The notes beneath the pieces were generated by a model that had not been told where the DNA came from, did not search any database, and was given only the letters and a program-made list of their open reading frames with translations. The position numbers and the translations under genes were made by a program. A stretch of 64,000 nt of DNA, taken from an uncultured Gammaproteobacteria bacterium (GTDB lineage Bacteria > Patescibacteriota > Patescibacteriia > Patescibacteriales > UBA12465). Positions 9,046 through 18,791 of the stretch are shown piece by piece (position 1 is the stretch's first letter; every line of letters begins with the position of its first letter). Location of the stretch: positions 50,782-114,781 of the forward strand of contig CAZPPL010000001.1 in assembly GCA_964588465.1 (NCBI GenBank), given 5' to 3'.

Positions 9046-11742
9046 ATGACTTTATTCCATAGTTTATCTCTTAAGACCAGCTTTTCTAAGCTAAAAAGCT
9101 CCTCTCAGGGTTTAAGTAAAACTGAGGCTAGACATCGCTTAAAAAAATACGGTGCCAATAAACTACCGGCCACCAAATCTTTGGGCCGGCTTTTTATTTT
9201 TATCAGTCAATTCAAAAATCCTTTAATTCTATTACTGCTTGTTGCGGGGATAATCTCTCTTATTATTAGCCAATATCTAGACGCAGAAATTGTGTTTGGG
9301 GCAATACTCATTAATGTTATAATTGGATTTTTTCAAGAAAATAAAGCTAATAATGCCCTGAAACAACTTAAAAAATTAGTAGAATATAAAACTATTGTTC
9401 GTCGTGAAGGAATAAATCAAAAAATTAATAGCTCGGAAATAGTAATAGGGGATATTATAATTTTGCGAGCTGGTGAACAAATTACTGTGGACGCTAGAGT
9501 GATTAGCAGTGTAGATTTGCAAATAAATGAAGCTAGTCTGACTGGAGAGGCTAATCCTATATACAAAAATAATTTAGATTTACCACCAAACACTGTTTTA
9601 GCAGAACGAAAAAATATGGTTTATTCTGGTACAGTGGTAATGGGCGGTAGTGGGGAAGTACTAGTTGTAGCTAAAGGGCAAGAAACTGAACTAGGAAAGA
9701 TTTCTAAATTAATACACGAAATTCCAGAAACTAAAACTCCGCTACAAAAACGTCTAGTCCAACTATCTAGATTTATTAGTTTGATTGCAGTGGTAATCAG
9801 CCTACTTATTATCATCTTAGGATTGATTCAAGGGCGAGATTTTTTCGATATATTTTTAACTGCAGTCGCCGTAGCGGTGGCTGCTGTCCCAGAAGGCTTG
9901 GTAGTAGCGGTTACCGTCATTTTAACTTTAGGAATGAAACAAATTTTACGGAAAAAGGCTTTAACTAGAAAATTATTAGCGGTAGAAACTCTAGGTTCTA
10001 TTACTACTATTTGTACTGATAAGACTGGAACTTTAACTGAAGGAATAATGCAAGTTGCTCATATTATTATTGCTACTAAGAAACTCAGTTTTAGTACTAT
10101 ATTGCACCGAAAAAATAAATCAGAAATGACTAATTTTATTAGGGCTTTAACGGCGGGTCTGTTATGTAATAACGCTATTATAGAAGCAACAAGTGACGGA
10201 CACTCCCTAAAGAGTAGTGGTTCCTCAATAGAAGTCGCCTTACTCAGAGTCGGTCAAGAATTAGGAATAGATCAAAAACAATTATTTAATGAACAAAAAA
10301 AAATAGCGGAACTACCCTTTAGTAGTGAACGTAAATATATGATTACTCTGCATTCACTGGACAATAATTATGTTCTATATGAAAAAGGTGCTCCAGAAAA
10401 AATAATTGCTAAATCTAGTAAATTTTTAAATTCCGATGGATTACAAAATTTAACTGATAAAGAAAAAGTAAAATTATTACAGCAAGTTGAAGAATTGAGT
10501 AGTCAGGGTTTGCGTCTAATTGCTCTAGCAACTAGAAAAATAAATAAATTGCCTTGGGAGCTTCAACAAGAGTCTAAAGACTGGAATAAAATTGATAATA
10601 ACTTGATTTTCATGGGCCTAATTAGTTTTAAGGATCCACTGCGCCCCGAAGCTAGAGAAACTATAGCTTTATGCCGACGAGCTGGTATCCGTCCTATGAT
10701 TATTACTGGTGATCATCCCTTGACTGCTTTTGCTATAGCCCAAGAAGTGGGATTTAGTGATCAACTTAAAGAAGTGGTGAGTGGTCAGGAGTTAGATAAT
10801 GTTAATGAGCAAAATTTAAGGATAATAGTTAAAACTCATAATATTTATGCCCGAGTTAGCCCAGAACATAAGCTAAGAATAGTTCGTGCCTTACGGGCCA
10901 ACGGCGAAGTAGTGGCTATGACTGGTGACGGTTTGAACGATTCACTAGCTCTAAAAACTGCCGACATTGGAGTATGTTTAGGCTCGGGTACAGATGTAGC
11001 TAAAGAAACAGCAGATATTATTTTATTAGATAATAATTTTAAAGTAATTGTAGCCGCTATACGAGAGGGAAGAATTATTTTTAGTAATATTCGTAAATCT
11101 ATAAGCTATCTGATATCTGATTCTTTTTCAGAAATGTTTTTAATTATTGGATCAATATTTTTTGGTTTGCCCTTAGCTATTTTACCCGCTCAAATTCTAT
11201 GGGTTAATATTATAAATGACGGACTCCCTAATTTTTCTTTAGCTTTTGAACGTAGTGATAAAAATGTTATGGACTTAGCTCCACTCAAAAGGAGTGAGGC
11301 TATAGTGAATAAAGAAATGAAAACTATTATTCTGGGACTAGGCTTAACTCGAGATTTAGGAATTTTAATATTATTTATCTATCTTTATAAACATCAATTG
11401 ATTTGGGGTTGGGATATCAACTATTTACGTACTTTCTTTTTTGCTCTATTAGGCTTTAAATCAATTTCAGGAATTTTTAGTTTACGCAGTTTGAGTGTAC
11501 CAATTTATAAAATTCGGCATCTACAGAATCCCTATTTACTTGGAGCTTTCTTCACTAGTTTGCTATTATTAATCTTAGCTATATACTGGGGACCATTACA
11601 AAAATTTATTGGTACTGTGCCCTTAGGATTGACTGCTTGGATCTTTATATCTATTATAGCCTTAATCAATATTCTCATAATAGAAATAATTAAATATTCC
11701 TTTCATAGGAAGGCTAATTATTTTACAAAACTCAATTCTTAA
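9046..11742 (+). CDS. P-type ATPase, type IIA-like (Ca2+/cation)
   Basis: LTGE, VPEGL, DKTGTLT, KGAPE, TGDH, TGDGLND, M6 QILWVNIINDGLP. Confidence 0.9.
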   Translation: MTLFHSLSLKTSFSKLKSSSQGLSKTEARHRLKKYGANKLPATKSLGRLFIFISQFKNPLILLLLVAGIISLIISQYLDAEIVFGAILINVIIGFFQENKANNALKQLKKLVEYKTIVRREGINQKINSSEIVIGDIIILRAGEQITVDARVISSVDLQINEASLTGEANPIYKNNLDLPPNTVLAERKNMVYSGTVVMGGSGEVLVVAKGQETELGKISKLIHEIPETKTPLQKRLVQLSRFISLIAVVISLLIIILGLIQGRDFFDIFLTAVAVAVAAVPEGLVVAVTVILTLGMKQILRKKALTRKLLAVETLGSITTICTDKTGTLTEGIMQVAHIIIATKKLSFSTILHRKNKSEMTNFIRALTAGLLCNNAIIEATSDGHSLKSSGSSIEVALLRVGQELGIDQKQLFNEQKKIAELPFSSERKYMITLHSLDNNYVLYEKGAPEKIIAKSSKFLNSDGLQNLTDKEKVKLLQQVEELSSQGLRLIALATRKINKLPWELQQESKDWNKIDNNLIFMGLISFKDPLRPEARETIALCRRAGIRPMIITGDHPLTAFAIAQEVGFSDQLKEVVSGQELDNVNEQNLRIIVKTHNIYARVSPEHKLRIVRALRANGEVVAMTGDGLNDSLALKTADIGVCLGSGTDVAKETADIILLDNNFKVIVAAIREGRIIFSNIRKSISYLISDSFSEMFLIIGSIFFGLPLAILPAQILWVNIINDGLPNFSLAFERSDKNVMDLAPLKRSEAIVNKEMKTIILGLGLTRDLGILILFIYLYKHQLIWGWDINYLRTFFFALLGFKSISGIFSLRSLSVPIYKIRHLQNPYLLGAFFTSLLLLILAIYWGPLQKFIGTVPLGLTAWIFISIIALINILIIEIIKYSFHRKANYFTKLNS

Positions 11743-11754
11743 ACTTAAAATAAT

Positions 11755-12222
11755 ATGAAATTTACTCACCACAAACTTATACTAGCAGTACTTAATATAT
11801 TTACTTTAAGTTTGCTTATAATCTCGGTTAGTATTTTTTTCATTAATAATTCTAAATGGATTGGTCCAATACTAATTATTTTAGCTATACTTTCTTTGGC
11901 CTCGCTTATTCCTTTTAAAATAAAAATAAAATCTGCTTTACCGGATATCACTTTTGGTTTAATAGATAATAGTATTTTAGCAATTTTAGCAATATTTGGT
12001 GGATATTATGCTGGAGTGAGTGGAGCCATCATCGGCGGAGTAGTTGGTAATGCCATAACTGATGGTATTGCTGGTATATTTGAAGGAAAAATGGCGGAAA
12101 AACTAAGATCAATGTTAATTCATGAGGAACGCACTATGCTTAAATCTGCAGTAGGTAAAATAGCTGGCTGTCTATTTGGGGCTGGTATTATTTTGACGAT
12201 AGCCAGTATTATCAGATTTTAA
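11755..12222 (+). CDS. Membrane protein with TMEM65/VIT-like motifs
   Basis: About five TM segments; FGLIDN, GNAITDGIAG, AVGKIAGCLFG. Confidence 0.5.
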   Translation: MKFTHHKLILAVLNIFTLSLLIISVSIFFINNSKWIGPILIILAILSLASLIPFKIKIKSALPDITFGLIDNSILAILAIFGGYYAGVSGAIIGGVVGNAITDGIAGIFEGKMAEKLRSMLIHEERTMLKSAVGKIAGCLFGAGIILTIASIIRF

Positions 12223-12394
12223 ATATATATGGTAAATTAATCTTTGAATATTAAAATAAATTAAAAAATGTGCTATTATATTATAATAATTAAATCTGCT
12301 AGCCAAATACTAATAGTTTGACTATCAATATCCTAATATAATATTAAGCTGACTGTTTTATTAAGATATCAAACTGCAGGCTAATAATAAAATT

Positions 12395-14839
12395 ATGAAG
12401 AAAACAATATCCAGTATAGATTATATAAAAAAAGCCTCAATTAAAGATTTATTTAAAAAATTCTCATCTAATGAGCAAGGGCTTTCCTCTACAGAGGTAA
12501 AATTACGTTTAGAAAAACACGGTTATAATGAAATTTCGGAACATAGAATTAGTCCCTTGTTAAAATTCTTTAGTTATTTTTGGGGGCCCATTCCTTGGAT
12601 GATTGAAATCGCTTCTATTTTGTCGGCGATTATCCATCACTGGGAGGATTTTTGGGTTATTTCAGCTTTATTATTATTAAATGCAATAATTGGATTTTGG
12701 CAAGAACATAAAGCAGATAATGCTATTGAATTATTGAAACAAAAATTAGCTCTAAAAACTAAAGTGTTACGTGATGGTAAATGGTCGGAATTATCTGCTA
12801 GAGAACTAGTACCTGGAGATGTAGTACGTATACGTCTAGGAGATATAGTTCCTGCTGATGTTAAGTTAATAAGCGGTTCTTATTTATCAGTAGATGAATC
12901 TACTCTCACTGGAGAATCACTACCAGTTAATAAACAAACTTCTGATGTTTGTTTTGCTGGTTCTATTATTCGTCAGGGAGAAATGAATGCTTTAGTTGTA
13001 GCTACAGCTATGGATACCTTTTTTGGTCAAACCGCTAAATTAGTAGCCGAAGCTAAAACCCAAAGTCATTTTCAAAAAGCTATTATTAAAATAGGTAATT
13101 ATTTAATTATTTTGGCTGTTGTACTAGTAGCAATTATATTTGTAGTAGCTCTATTCCGTCATGAAGGAGTGTTACAGACTCTTCAATTTGCTCTAGTTTT
13201 GACTATTGCTGCTATTCCAGTGGCTCTACCAGCCGTATTAACGGTCACTATGGCAGTGGGAGCAATTGCCTTAGCTAAAAAGAAAGCTATCGTTAGTAAA
13301 CTGGCTTCTATTGAAGAAATGGCGGGTATGGATATATTATGCTCAGATAAAACTGGGACTATTACTAAAAATGAATTGACCTTGGCTCCAATAAAATCAT
13401 TAGATAAATTTAGTGAAGATGAAGTGTTATTTTTAGCTACTTTAGCTTCTCGCGGAGAAGACCAAGATCCGATTGATGATGCTATTATAGATAAAACCAA
13501 AACTTTAAAAATATTTAGTACCATTCATAACTATAAAATAAGTAATTTTAAACCTTTTGATCCAGTATCTAAACGAACCGAATCCACTATTACCGGTCCC
13601 AATAAGGCTAATTTTAAAGTAACTAAAGGTGCTCCGCAAATCATTTTATCACTAGCAGTTAATAAAAAGGAAATTGGCGCTAAGGTAGAGGCAGAGGTAA
13701 ATGCGTTAGCGACTAAGGGCTATCGATCCTTAGGTGTAGCTAAAACCGACCAAGCAGGGAATTGGCAATTTGCAGGAATTATACCGTTTTTTGATCCTCC
13801 TAGAGAAGATTCGGGTCAAACTATAAAAACTGCTCAATCCATGGGTATAGAAGTCAAGATGGTTACTGGAGATCATATTGCCATTGCCAAAGAGATAGCT
13901 CAACAAGTAAATCTAAGTACTAATATTATACCAGCCACTTCTTTTTTGAATAAGTCTGATAAAGAAGCAGAACATATAATTGAACAAGCGGGTGGTTTTG
14001 CTCAGGTCTATCCCGAACATAAATATCGTATTGTGGAGTTGCTTCAAGCTAGAGGGCATATTGTAGGAATGACTGGAGATGGAGTAAACGATGCTCCAGC
14101 TTTAAAAAAGGCTAATATTGGAATTGCGGTGGCTGGTGCCACTGATGCGGCAAAATCAGCAGCAGCCATTGTGCTCACCTTACCGGGACTCTCCATAATT
14201 ATTAATGCTATTAAGGAGAGCAGAAAAATATTCCAACGCATGAATAGCTATGCTATTTATCGTATAGCAGAGACCATCCGAGTATTGTTTTTTATTACCT
14301 TATCTATTATAGTATTCAATTTTTATCCAGTAACGGCTATCATGATCGTATTATTAGCCTTATTCAACGATGCCCCAATCATGGCCATTGCCTATGATAA
14401 TGTCCATTTTTCTAAGGGATCAGAAAAATGGAACATGAAAAGCGTGTTAAATATGTCTACTTTTTTAGGAATATTGGGAGTTATTTCTTCTTTTGGTATA
14501 TTTTATATTGCTCAGGAAACGTTACATTTACCTAGAGAAATAATGCAATCTTTTATATTTTTAAAACTAGCAGTGGCTGGTCATCTGACTATCTTCGTTA
14601 CTCGTACTAGAGGACATTTCTGGTCTATAAAACCTAGTGCCGCTTTATTCTGGTCAGCGGTAATAACCAAAGCTCTAGCTACCCTGTTAGTAGTATATGG
14701 TTGGTGGGTATCACCGATTGGTTGGGAACTTGCTGGCTTTGTATGGATTTATGCTTTAATCGCTTTCGTCATTACTGACTTCTTGAAGGTTTGGGCCTAT
14801 AAATTCATGGATCGTCGAGAAAAGAAATATTCTAAATAG
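12395..14839 (+). CDS. Plasma-membrane proton-efflux P-type ATPase (type IIIA)
   Basis: FWGPIPWMIE, TGES, M4 PVALPAV, CSDKTGT, FDPVSKRT, DPPR, M5 YRIAETIR, M6 LFNDAP. Confidence 0.93.
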   Translation: MKKTISSIDYIKKASIKDLFKKFSSNEQGLSSTEVKLRLEKHGYNEISEHRISPLLKFFSYFWGPIPWMIEIASILSAIIHHWEDFWVISALLLLNAIIGFWQEHKADNAIELLKQKLALKTKVLRDGKWSELSARELVPGDVVRIRLGDIVPADVKLISGSYLSVDESTLTGESLPVNKQTSDVCFAGSIIRQGEMNALVVATAMDTFFGQTAKLVAEAKTQSHFQKAIIKIGNYLIILAVVLVAIIFVVALFRHEGVLQTLQFALVLTIAAIPVALPAVLTVTMAVGAIALAKKKAIVSKLASIEEMAGMDILCSDKTGTITKNELTLAPIKSLDKFSEDEVLFLATLASRGEDQDPIDDAIIDKTKTLKIFSTIHNYKISNFKPFDPVSKRTESTITGPNKANFKVTKGAPQIILSLAVNKKEIGAKVEAEVNALATKGYRSLGVAKTDQAGNWQFAGIIPFFDPPREDSGQTIKTAQSMGIEVKMVTGDHIAIAKEIAQQVNLSTNIIPATSFLNKSDKEAEHIIEQAGGFAQVYPEHKYRIVELLQARGHIVGMTGDGVNDAPALKKANIGIAVAGATDAAKSAAAIVLTLPGLSIIINAIKESRKIFQRMNSYAIYRIAETIRVLFFITLSIIVFNFYPVTAIMIVLLALFNDAPIMAIAYDNVHFSKGSEKWNMKSVLNMSTFLGILGVISSFGIFYIAQETLHLPREIMQSFIFLKLAVAGHLTIFVTRTRGHFWSIKPSAALFWSAVITKALATLLVVYGWWVSPIGWELAGFVWIYALIAFVITDFLKVWAYKFMDRREKKYSK

Positions 14840-14898
14840 TCTAAAATACAATTTTGTCACCAAGATTGTTTAAAATTAATTAAATTGATATTAACATT

Positions 14899-14930
14899 AA
14901 ATAAAATAAGCTTCTAAGCTTATTTTATTT
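14899..14930. terminator. Inverted repeat downstream of the H+-ATPase
   Basis: AAATAAAATAAGCTT-CT-AAGCTTATTTTATTT, perfect 15-bp arms. Confidence 0.65.
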
Positions 14931-14940
14931 TAATTGACTC

Positions 14941-14972
14941 TTGACAATAATTAGTTTAGCAACTAAACTAAT
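14941..14972 (+). promoter_or_regulatory. Sigma70 promoter overlapped by a palindromic operator (probable MarR site)
   Basis: TTGACA (14941-14946), 17-nt spacer, TAAACT (14964-14969); ATTAGTTTAG-CAA-CTAAACTAAT (14950-14972). Confidence 0.75.
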
Positions 14973-15001
14973 AGGTAATTATATTTAATCATTTTTCTTT
15001 T

Positions 15002-16759
15002 ATGAATAAGACAAAATTTTTTACTAAACAAAAAATTGTTTGGACTATTATTATAATATTAATACTAGGCGGAGCAGGATATTTTTTTACTCGTCCTAAA
15101 AATATTAATACTAATATCCAAACTATTATAGTAAAACGCCAAAATATAGAATCTACAGTACTCAGTACTGGGCAAGTAGTGAGTAAAACAAATCTGAATC
15201 TAAGCTTTCAGAGTAGTGGTGTAGTGAAAAGCCTTATGGTAAAAGTGGGGGATAAAGTTAAATCTGGAGATATTCTAGGCACTCTAAATCAAAATAGTGT
15301 ACGAGCAACTCTAATTAGTGCTCAAGGTTCTTTAGCTCAAGCTCAAGCTAATTATAATAAAATCGCAGATGGAGCTACCGTGGAACAAATTAATGTTTCT
15401 AAGCAGGCAGTCAATACCGCTCAGGTTGCCTATGATAATAGTTTGTCACAATTAGCTATTACTAAAAAATCCACAGCTACAGCGATAAAACAAGCTGAAC
15501 ACACTTTAAATGATTTACAATCACCTAGCCCTCAAGCGAATAATAAAAGAACTGCTATCATAATAACTATAGCTCAACAACTAACTACAGTGAAAACCGA
15601 CTTGGATCAAGAAACCCGAATATTAGCTGATAATAATTTAAAGGATACTTTTGGCGTTTCCAATATATCTAGTTTAAATGAATTTAAAATTACTAAGCCT
15701 AAAATTAAAGGTTTACTAGATCAAGCTGATACCAGTTTAGCCCTTGCTCAGAATTATGAAGATGATACTAATCTAAATCAGGCTATTACTAATGCGATAA
15801 CAGTTTTAAAACAAAATGTCATTACTCTTAATTATGCCTATACCGCCTTACAAGGTTCAATTGTAAGTACTAAATTAACACAAGCTCAATTGGATACCTA
15901 TAAGGTAGCAATAAGCAAAGGAATAAGTTTAGAAAATGCTGGTATTTTACTTATTCATTCTGCTCGTCAAGCTCTAACTGATTCTTTAACTAATGCTAAG
16001 AATACTCTTACTAATACTCAACTAGCTGCTAACCAGCAAATTAACTTAGCACAAGATCGAATAAGAAGTGCTAAGGCCTCTCTACAGCAAGCTCAAGCTG
16101 GTTTAGCTCGATTGACTGCTAAAGCACAAACTAGCGATCTAGCAATGGCTCAAGCTCAAATACTCTCGGCCCAAGGAAACTTAGACTCTGCACAAATCAG
16201 ATTCAATAACACTATTCTTAAAGCTCCTGTTGATGGAACTATAACCGCCGTTGATACCAAGATAGGTCAGCAAATTAATGCTTTACAAGAAGTAATAGTC
16301 CTACAAAATATGAAATCTCTACATACTGAAGCTTATATAAGTGAAGCTAATATTGCTGATTTAAAAGTTGGTCAAATCGTTGATTATACTTTTGATGCTT
16401 TAGGCCCAAATCGCCATTTTAAAGGAAAAATATTTGATATTAATCCTGCCTCCACCCTCATCTCTGGAGTAGTTGATTATTTGGTAAAAGCTACAATACC
16501 CAATATTCCAGAAATTAAACCTGGTATGACCGCTAATATGACCATTCTAGTAAATAGTAAGAGTCAAGTTCTAGCTATTCCAGAAAGTGCAATTATTTAC
16601 CAAGAAAATAAACCCTATGTTCGTCTAATTAATAATCTACAAGACAAGATCTATCATCAAGTTCCTATTCAGACGGGATTACAGGCTGATGGTGGTTTAG
16701 TACAAATTACTTCGGGTCTAAAAATGGGACAAGAAATTGTTACTTATATCAAATCCTAA
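15002..16759 (+). CDS. Efflux membrane fusion/adaptor protein (MacA/HlyD-like) with long helical hairpin
   Basis: N-terminal TM, VKVGDKVKSGDIL, LKAPVDGTI, IKPGMTAN. Confidence 0.88.
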   Translation: MNKTKFFTKQKIVWTIIIILILGGAGYFFTRPKNINTNIQTIIVKRQNIESTVLSTGQVVSKTNLNLSFQSSGVVKSLMVKVGDKVKSGDILGTLNQNSVRATLISAQGSLAQAQANYNKIADGATVEQINVSKQAVNTAQVAYDNSLSQLAITKKSTATAIKQAEHTLNDLQSPSPQANNKRTAIIITIAQQLTTVKTDLDQETRILADNNLKDTFGVSNISSLNEFKITKPKIKGLLDQADTSLALAQNYEDDTNLNQAITNAITVLKQNVITLNYAYTALQGSIVSTKLTQAQLDTYKVAISKGISLENAGILLIHSARQALTDSLTNAKNTLTNTQLAANQQINLAQDRIRSAKASLQQAQAGLARLTAKAQTSDLAMAQAQILSAQGNLDSAQIRFNNTILKAPVDGTITAVDTKIGQQINALQEVIVLQNMKSLHTEAYISEANIADLKVGQIVDYTFDALGPNRHFKGKIFDINPASTLISGVVDYLVKATIPNIPEIKPGMTANMTILVNSKSQVLAIPESAIIYQENKPYVRLINNLQDKIYHQVPIQTGLQADGGLVQITSGLKMGQEIVTYIKS

Positions 16760-16796
16760 ATTATTAAATTGGTTTTACTTATCTATTTATTATTAT

Positions 16797-17504
16797 ATGA
16801 GTCTAATACAAGTATCTAAACTAACTAAAAATTATGGTAGCGACGGAATCGTTACCCCTGTCCTCAATGAACTTAGTTTTGAGATTAAAGAACAAGAGTT
16901 TGTTACCATTATGGGTCCTTCGGGAAGTGGCAAATCAACTTTAATGCATATTATTGGATTTCTAGATCGTCCTAGTTCCGGCTCTTATAAATTTAAAGGT
17001 CAAGACGTCAAAAATTTTGATGATAATTATTTAGCAGAACTAAGAAATCAAGAGATTGGCTTTGTGTTTCAATCTTTTAATCTATTACCCCGAACTACAG
17101 TTCTAGATAATGTTAAACTACCTCTACTGTATAGTCATAAAAAAAACTATTACGCTTTAGCAAAAAAGGCTTTAGTATCGGTAGGTTTAGAGAATCGTTT
17201 AAATTATTATACTAACCAAATCTCTGGAGGAGAAAGACAGCGTGTAGCTATTGCCAGAGCTCTAGTTTGTAATCCCGCTATTATTATTGCCGACGAACCT
17301 ACAGGTAACTTAGATTCCAAAGCTGGTAATGTTATTATGTATCTTTTACAAAAATTAAATAGTCAAGGGCATACCATTATTTTAGTGACTCATCAAGCGG
17401 AGATCGCTAACCATGCTGAACGAATTATTAGAATTAAAGATGGAAAAATTATTGGTAATGAAATAGTTAAAAACCGAACTTTAGCCCAGGCTGATGGTGA
17501 ATAA
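16797..17504 (+). CDS. ABC transporter ATP-binding protein (MacB/LolD-like)
   Basis: GPSGSGKST, SGGERQRVAIARAL, ADEPTGNLD; ATG at 16797. Confidence 0.95.
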   Translation: MSLIQVSKLTKNYGSDGIVTPVLNELSFEIKEQEFVTIMGPSGSGKSTLMHIIGFLDRPSSGSYKFKGQDVKNFDDNYLAELRNQEIGFVFQSFNLLPRTTVLDNVKLPLLYSHKKNYYALAKKALVSVGLENRLNYYTNQISGGERQRVAIARALVCNPAIIIADEPTGNLDSKAGNVIMYLLQKLNSQGHTIILVTHQAEIANHAERIIRIKDGKIIGNEIVKNRTLAQADGE

Positions 17505-17514
17505 TTAAGTAAAT

Positions 17515-18786
17515 ATGGATTTATTTATTACGATTAAATTAGTATTTAAAGTTTTATTAGCTAAACGAGGTCGATCGTTTTTAACTATTTTAGGAGTTAT
17601 GATCGGAGTAGCTGGAGTTATTGTTATTATTGCTTTAGGGGCAGGGGCACAAGCTATGGTCTTAGGTCAAGTTACTAAATTGGGCTCTAATCTGTTAAGC
17701 GTACAACCTGGAAAAAGTAATGAAAAAGGTCCTCCAGCTCAAATGTTTGGTATTGTAGTGACTACCCTGATAAACAGTGATGCTAAAGCTTTGCGAAATA
17801 ATGGTGAGGTCCCTCATGCCCTAGCAGTAAATGCTAATGTTCTAGGTCGGGCTACAGTCACTTGGAGAAATAAAAGTATTGACACTAATTTTACTGCTAC
17901 CGACTCTTACTACCCTAAAGTGGTTACAGTTAATATGTCGTCTGGTAAATTCTTTAATGCCCGACAAAATCAAACTGCAGCTAATGTAGTGGTTTTGGGT
18001 TCTACCGTAGCTAAAGAATTATTTGCTCATAGTGGAGTAAAAGCTTTAGGCCAAATTATTAAAGTAAAAAATTCCTCAAGTAGACTAGCTGGAGGTATCC
18101 CTTTACGAGTTATCGGGGTAATTAAACCTAGAGGAACAGCTTTTTTTCAAGATCAAGATGATCAAATAATTCTCCCTTTACTTATTGGACAACGACAACT
18201 ATTAGGTATTAATTATCTGAGGATGATTAACGTTAAAGTTGATTCTAGCCGTAATATACAACAAACAATCCAAGATATTAAACTAATTTTGAATCGGCGT
18301 CATCATATTAGAACAGCATCCGAAGTTGATTATACAATTCGTAATGTAGCCAGTGCTATTGCTCTTCTATCTACCATTACTAACGCTTTACGTTTATTCT
18401 TAACAGTAATGGCTGCTATCGCTCTGATTGTAGGAGGTATTGGTATATTAAATATTATGATGGCTACTGTCGGGGAACGAACTAGGGAGGTAGGTTTACG
18501 TAAAGCCTTAGGGGCAACTAATGGTTCAATTCTTAGACAATTCTTATGGGAAGCAGGAATTCTAACTACTATAGGAGGTATTTGTGGAATTATCATCGGT
18601 ATAATAATTTCTTATGGCATTTTTCTGTTGATGCTACACCTAGGCTATGATTGGGCCTTTGTAATATCTCCGCTTTCAATAATTTTAGCCGTAGGAGTAT
18701 CAGTCTTAACTGGAATTATTTTTGGTCTTTATCCGGCTTTTAAGGCCTCAAAGTTGGATCCAATTGAGGCTCTGCGTTATGAATAA
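17515..18786 (+). CDS. ABC permease, MacB/FtsX family
   Basis: RSFLTILGVMIG, GGIGILNIM, ERTREVGLRKALGA, LDPIEALRYE. Confidence 0.93.
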   Translation: MDLFITIKLVFKVLLAKRGRSFLTILGVMIGVAGVIVIIALGAGAQAMVLGQVTKLGSNLLSVQPGKSNEKGPPAQMFGIVVTTLINSDAKALRNNGEVPHALAVNANVLGRATVTWRNKSIDTNFTATDSYYPKVVTVNMSSGKFFNARQNQTAANVVVLGSTVAKELFAHSGVKALGQIIKVKNSSSRLAGGIPLRVIGVIKPRGTAFFQDQDDQIILPLLIGQRQLLGINYLRMINVKVDSSRNIQQTIQDIKLILNRRHHIRTASEVDYTIRNVASAIALLSTITNALRLFLTVMAAIALIVGGIGILNIMMATVGERTREVGLRKALGATNGSILRQFLWEAGILTTIGGICGIIIGIIISYGIFLLMLHLGYDWAFVISPLSIILAVGVSVLTGIIFGLYPAFKASKLDPIEALRYE

Positions 18787-18791
18787 ATATT

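Noticed and set aside
12300-12383. Known riboswitch (yybP-ykoY, fluoride, c-di-AMP) before the P-type ATPase
   Set aside because: The conserved cores of these classes are not present; kept only as an unclassified structured leader.
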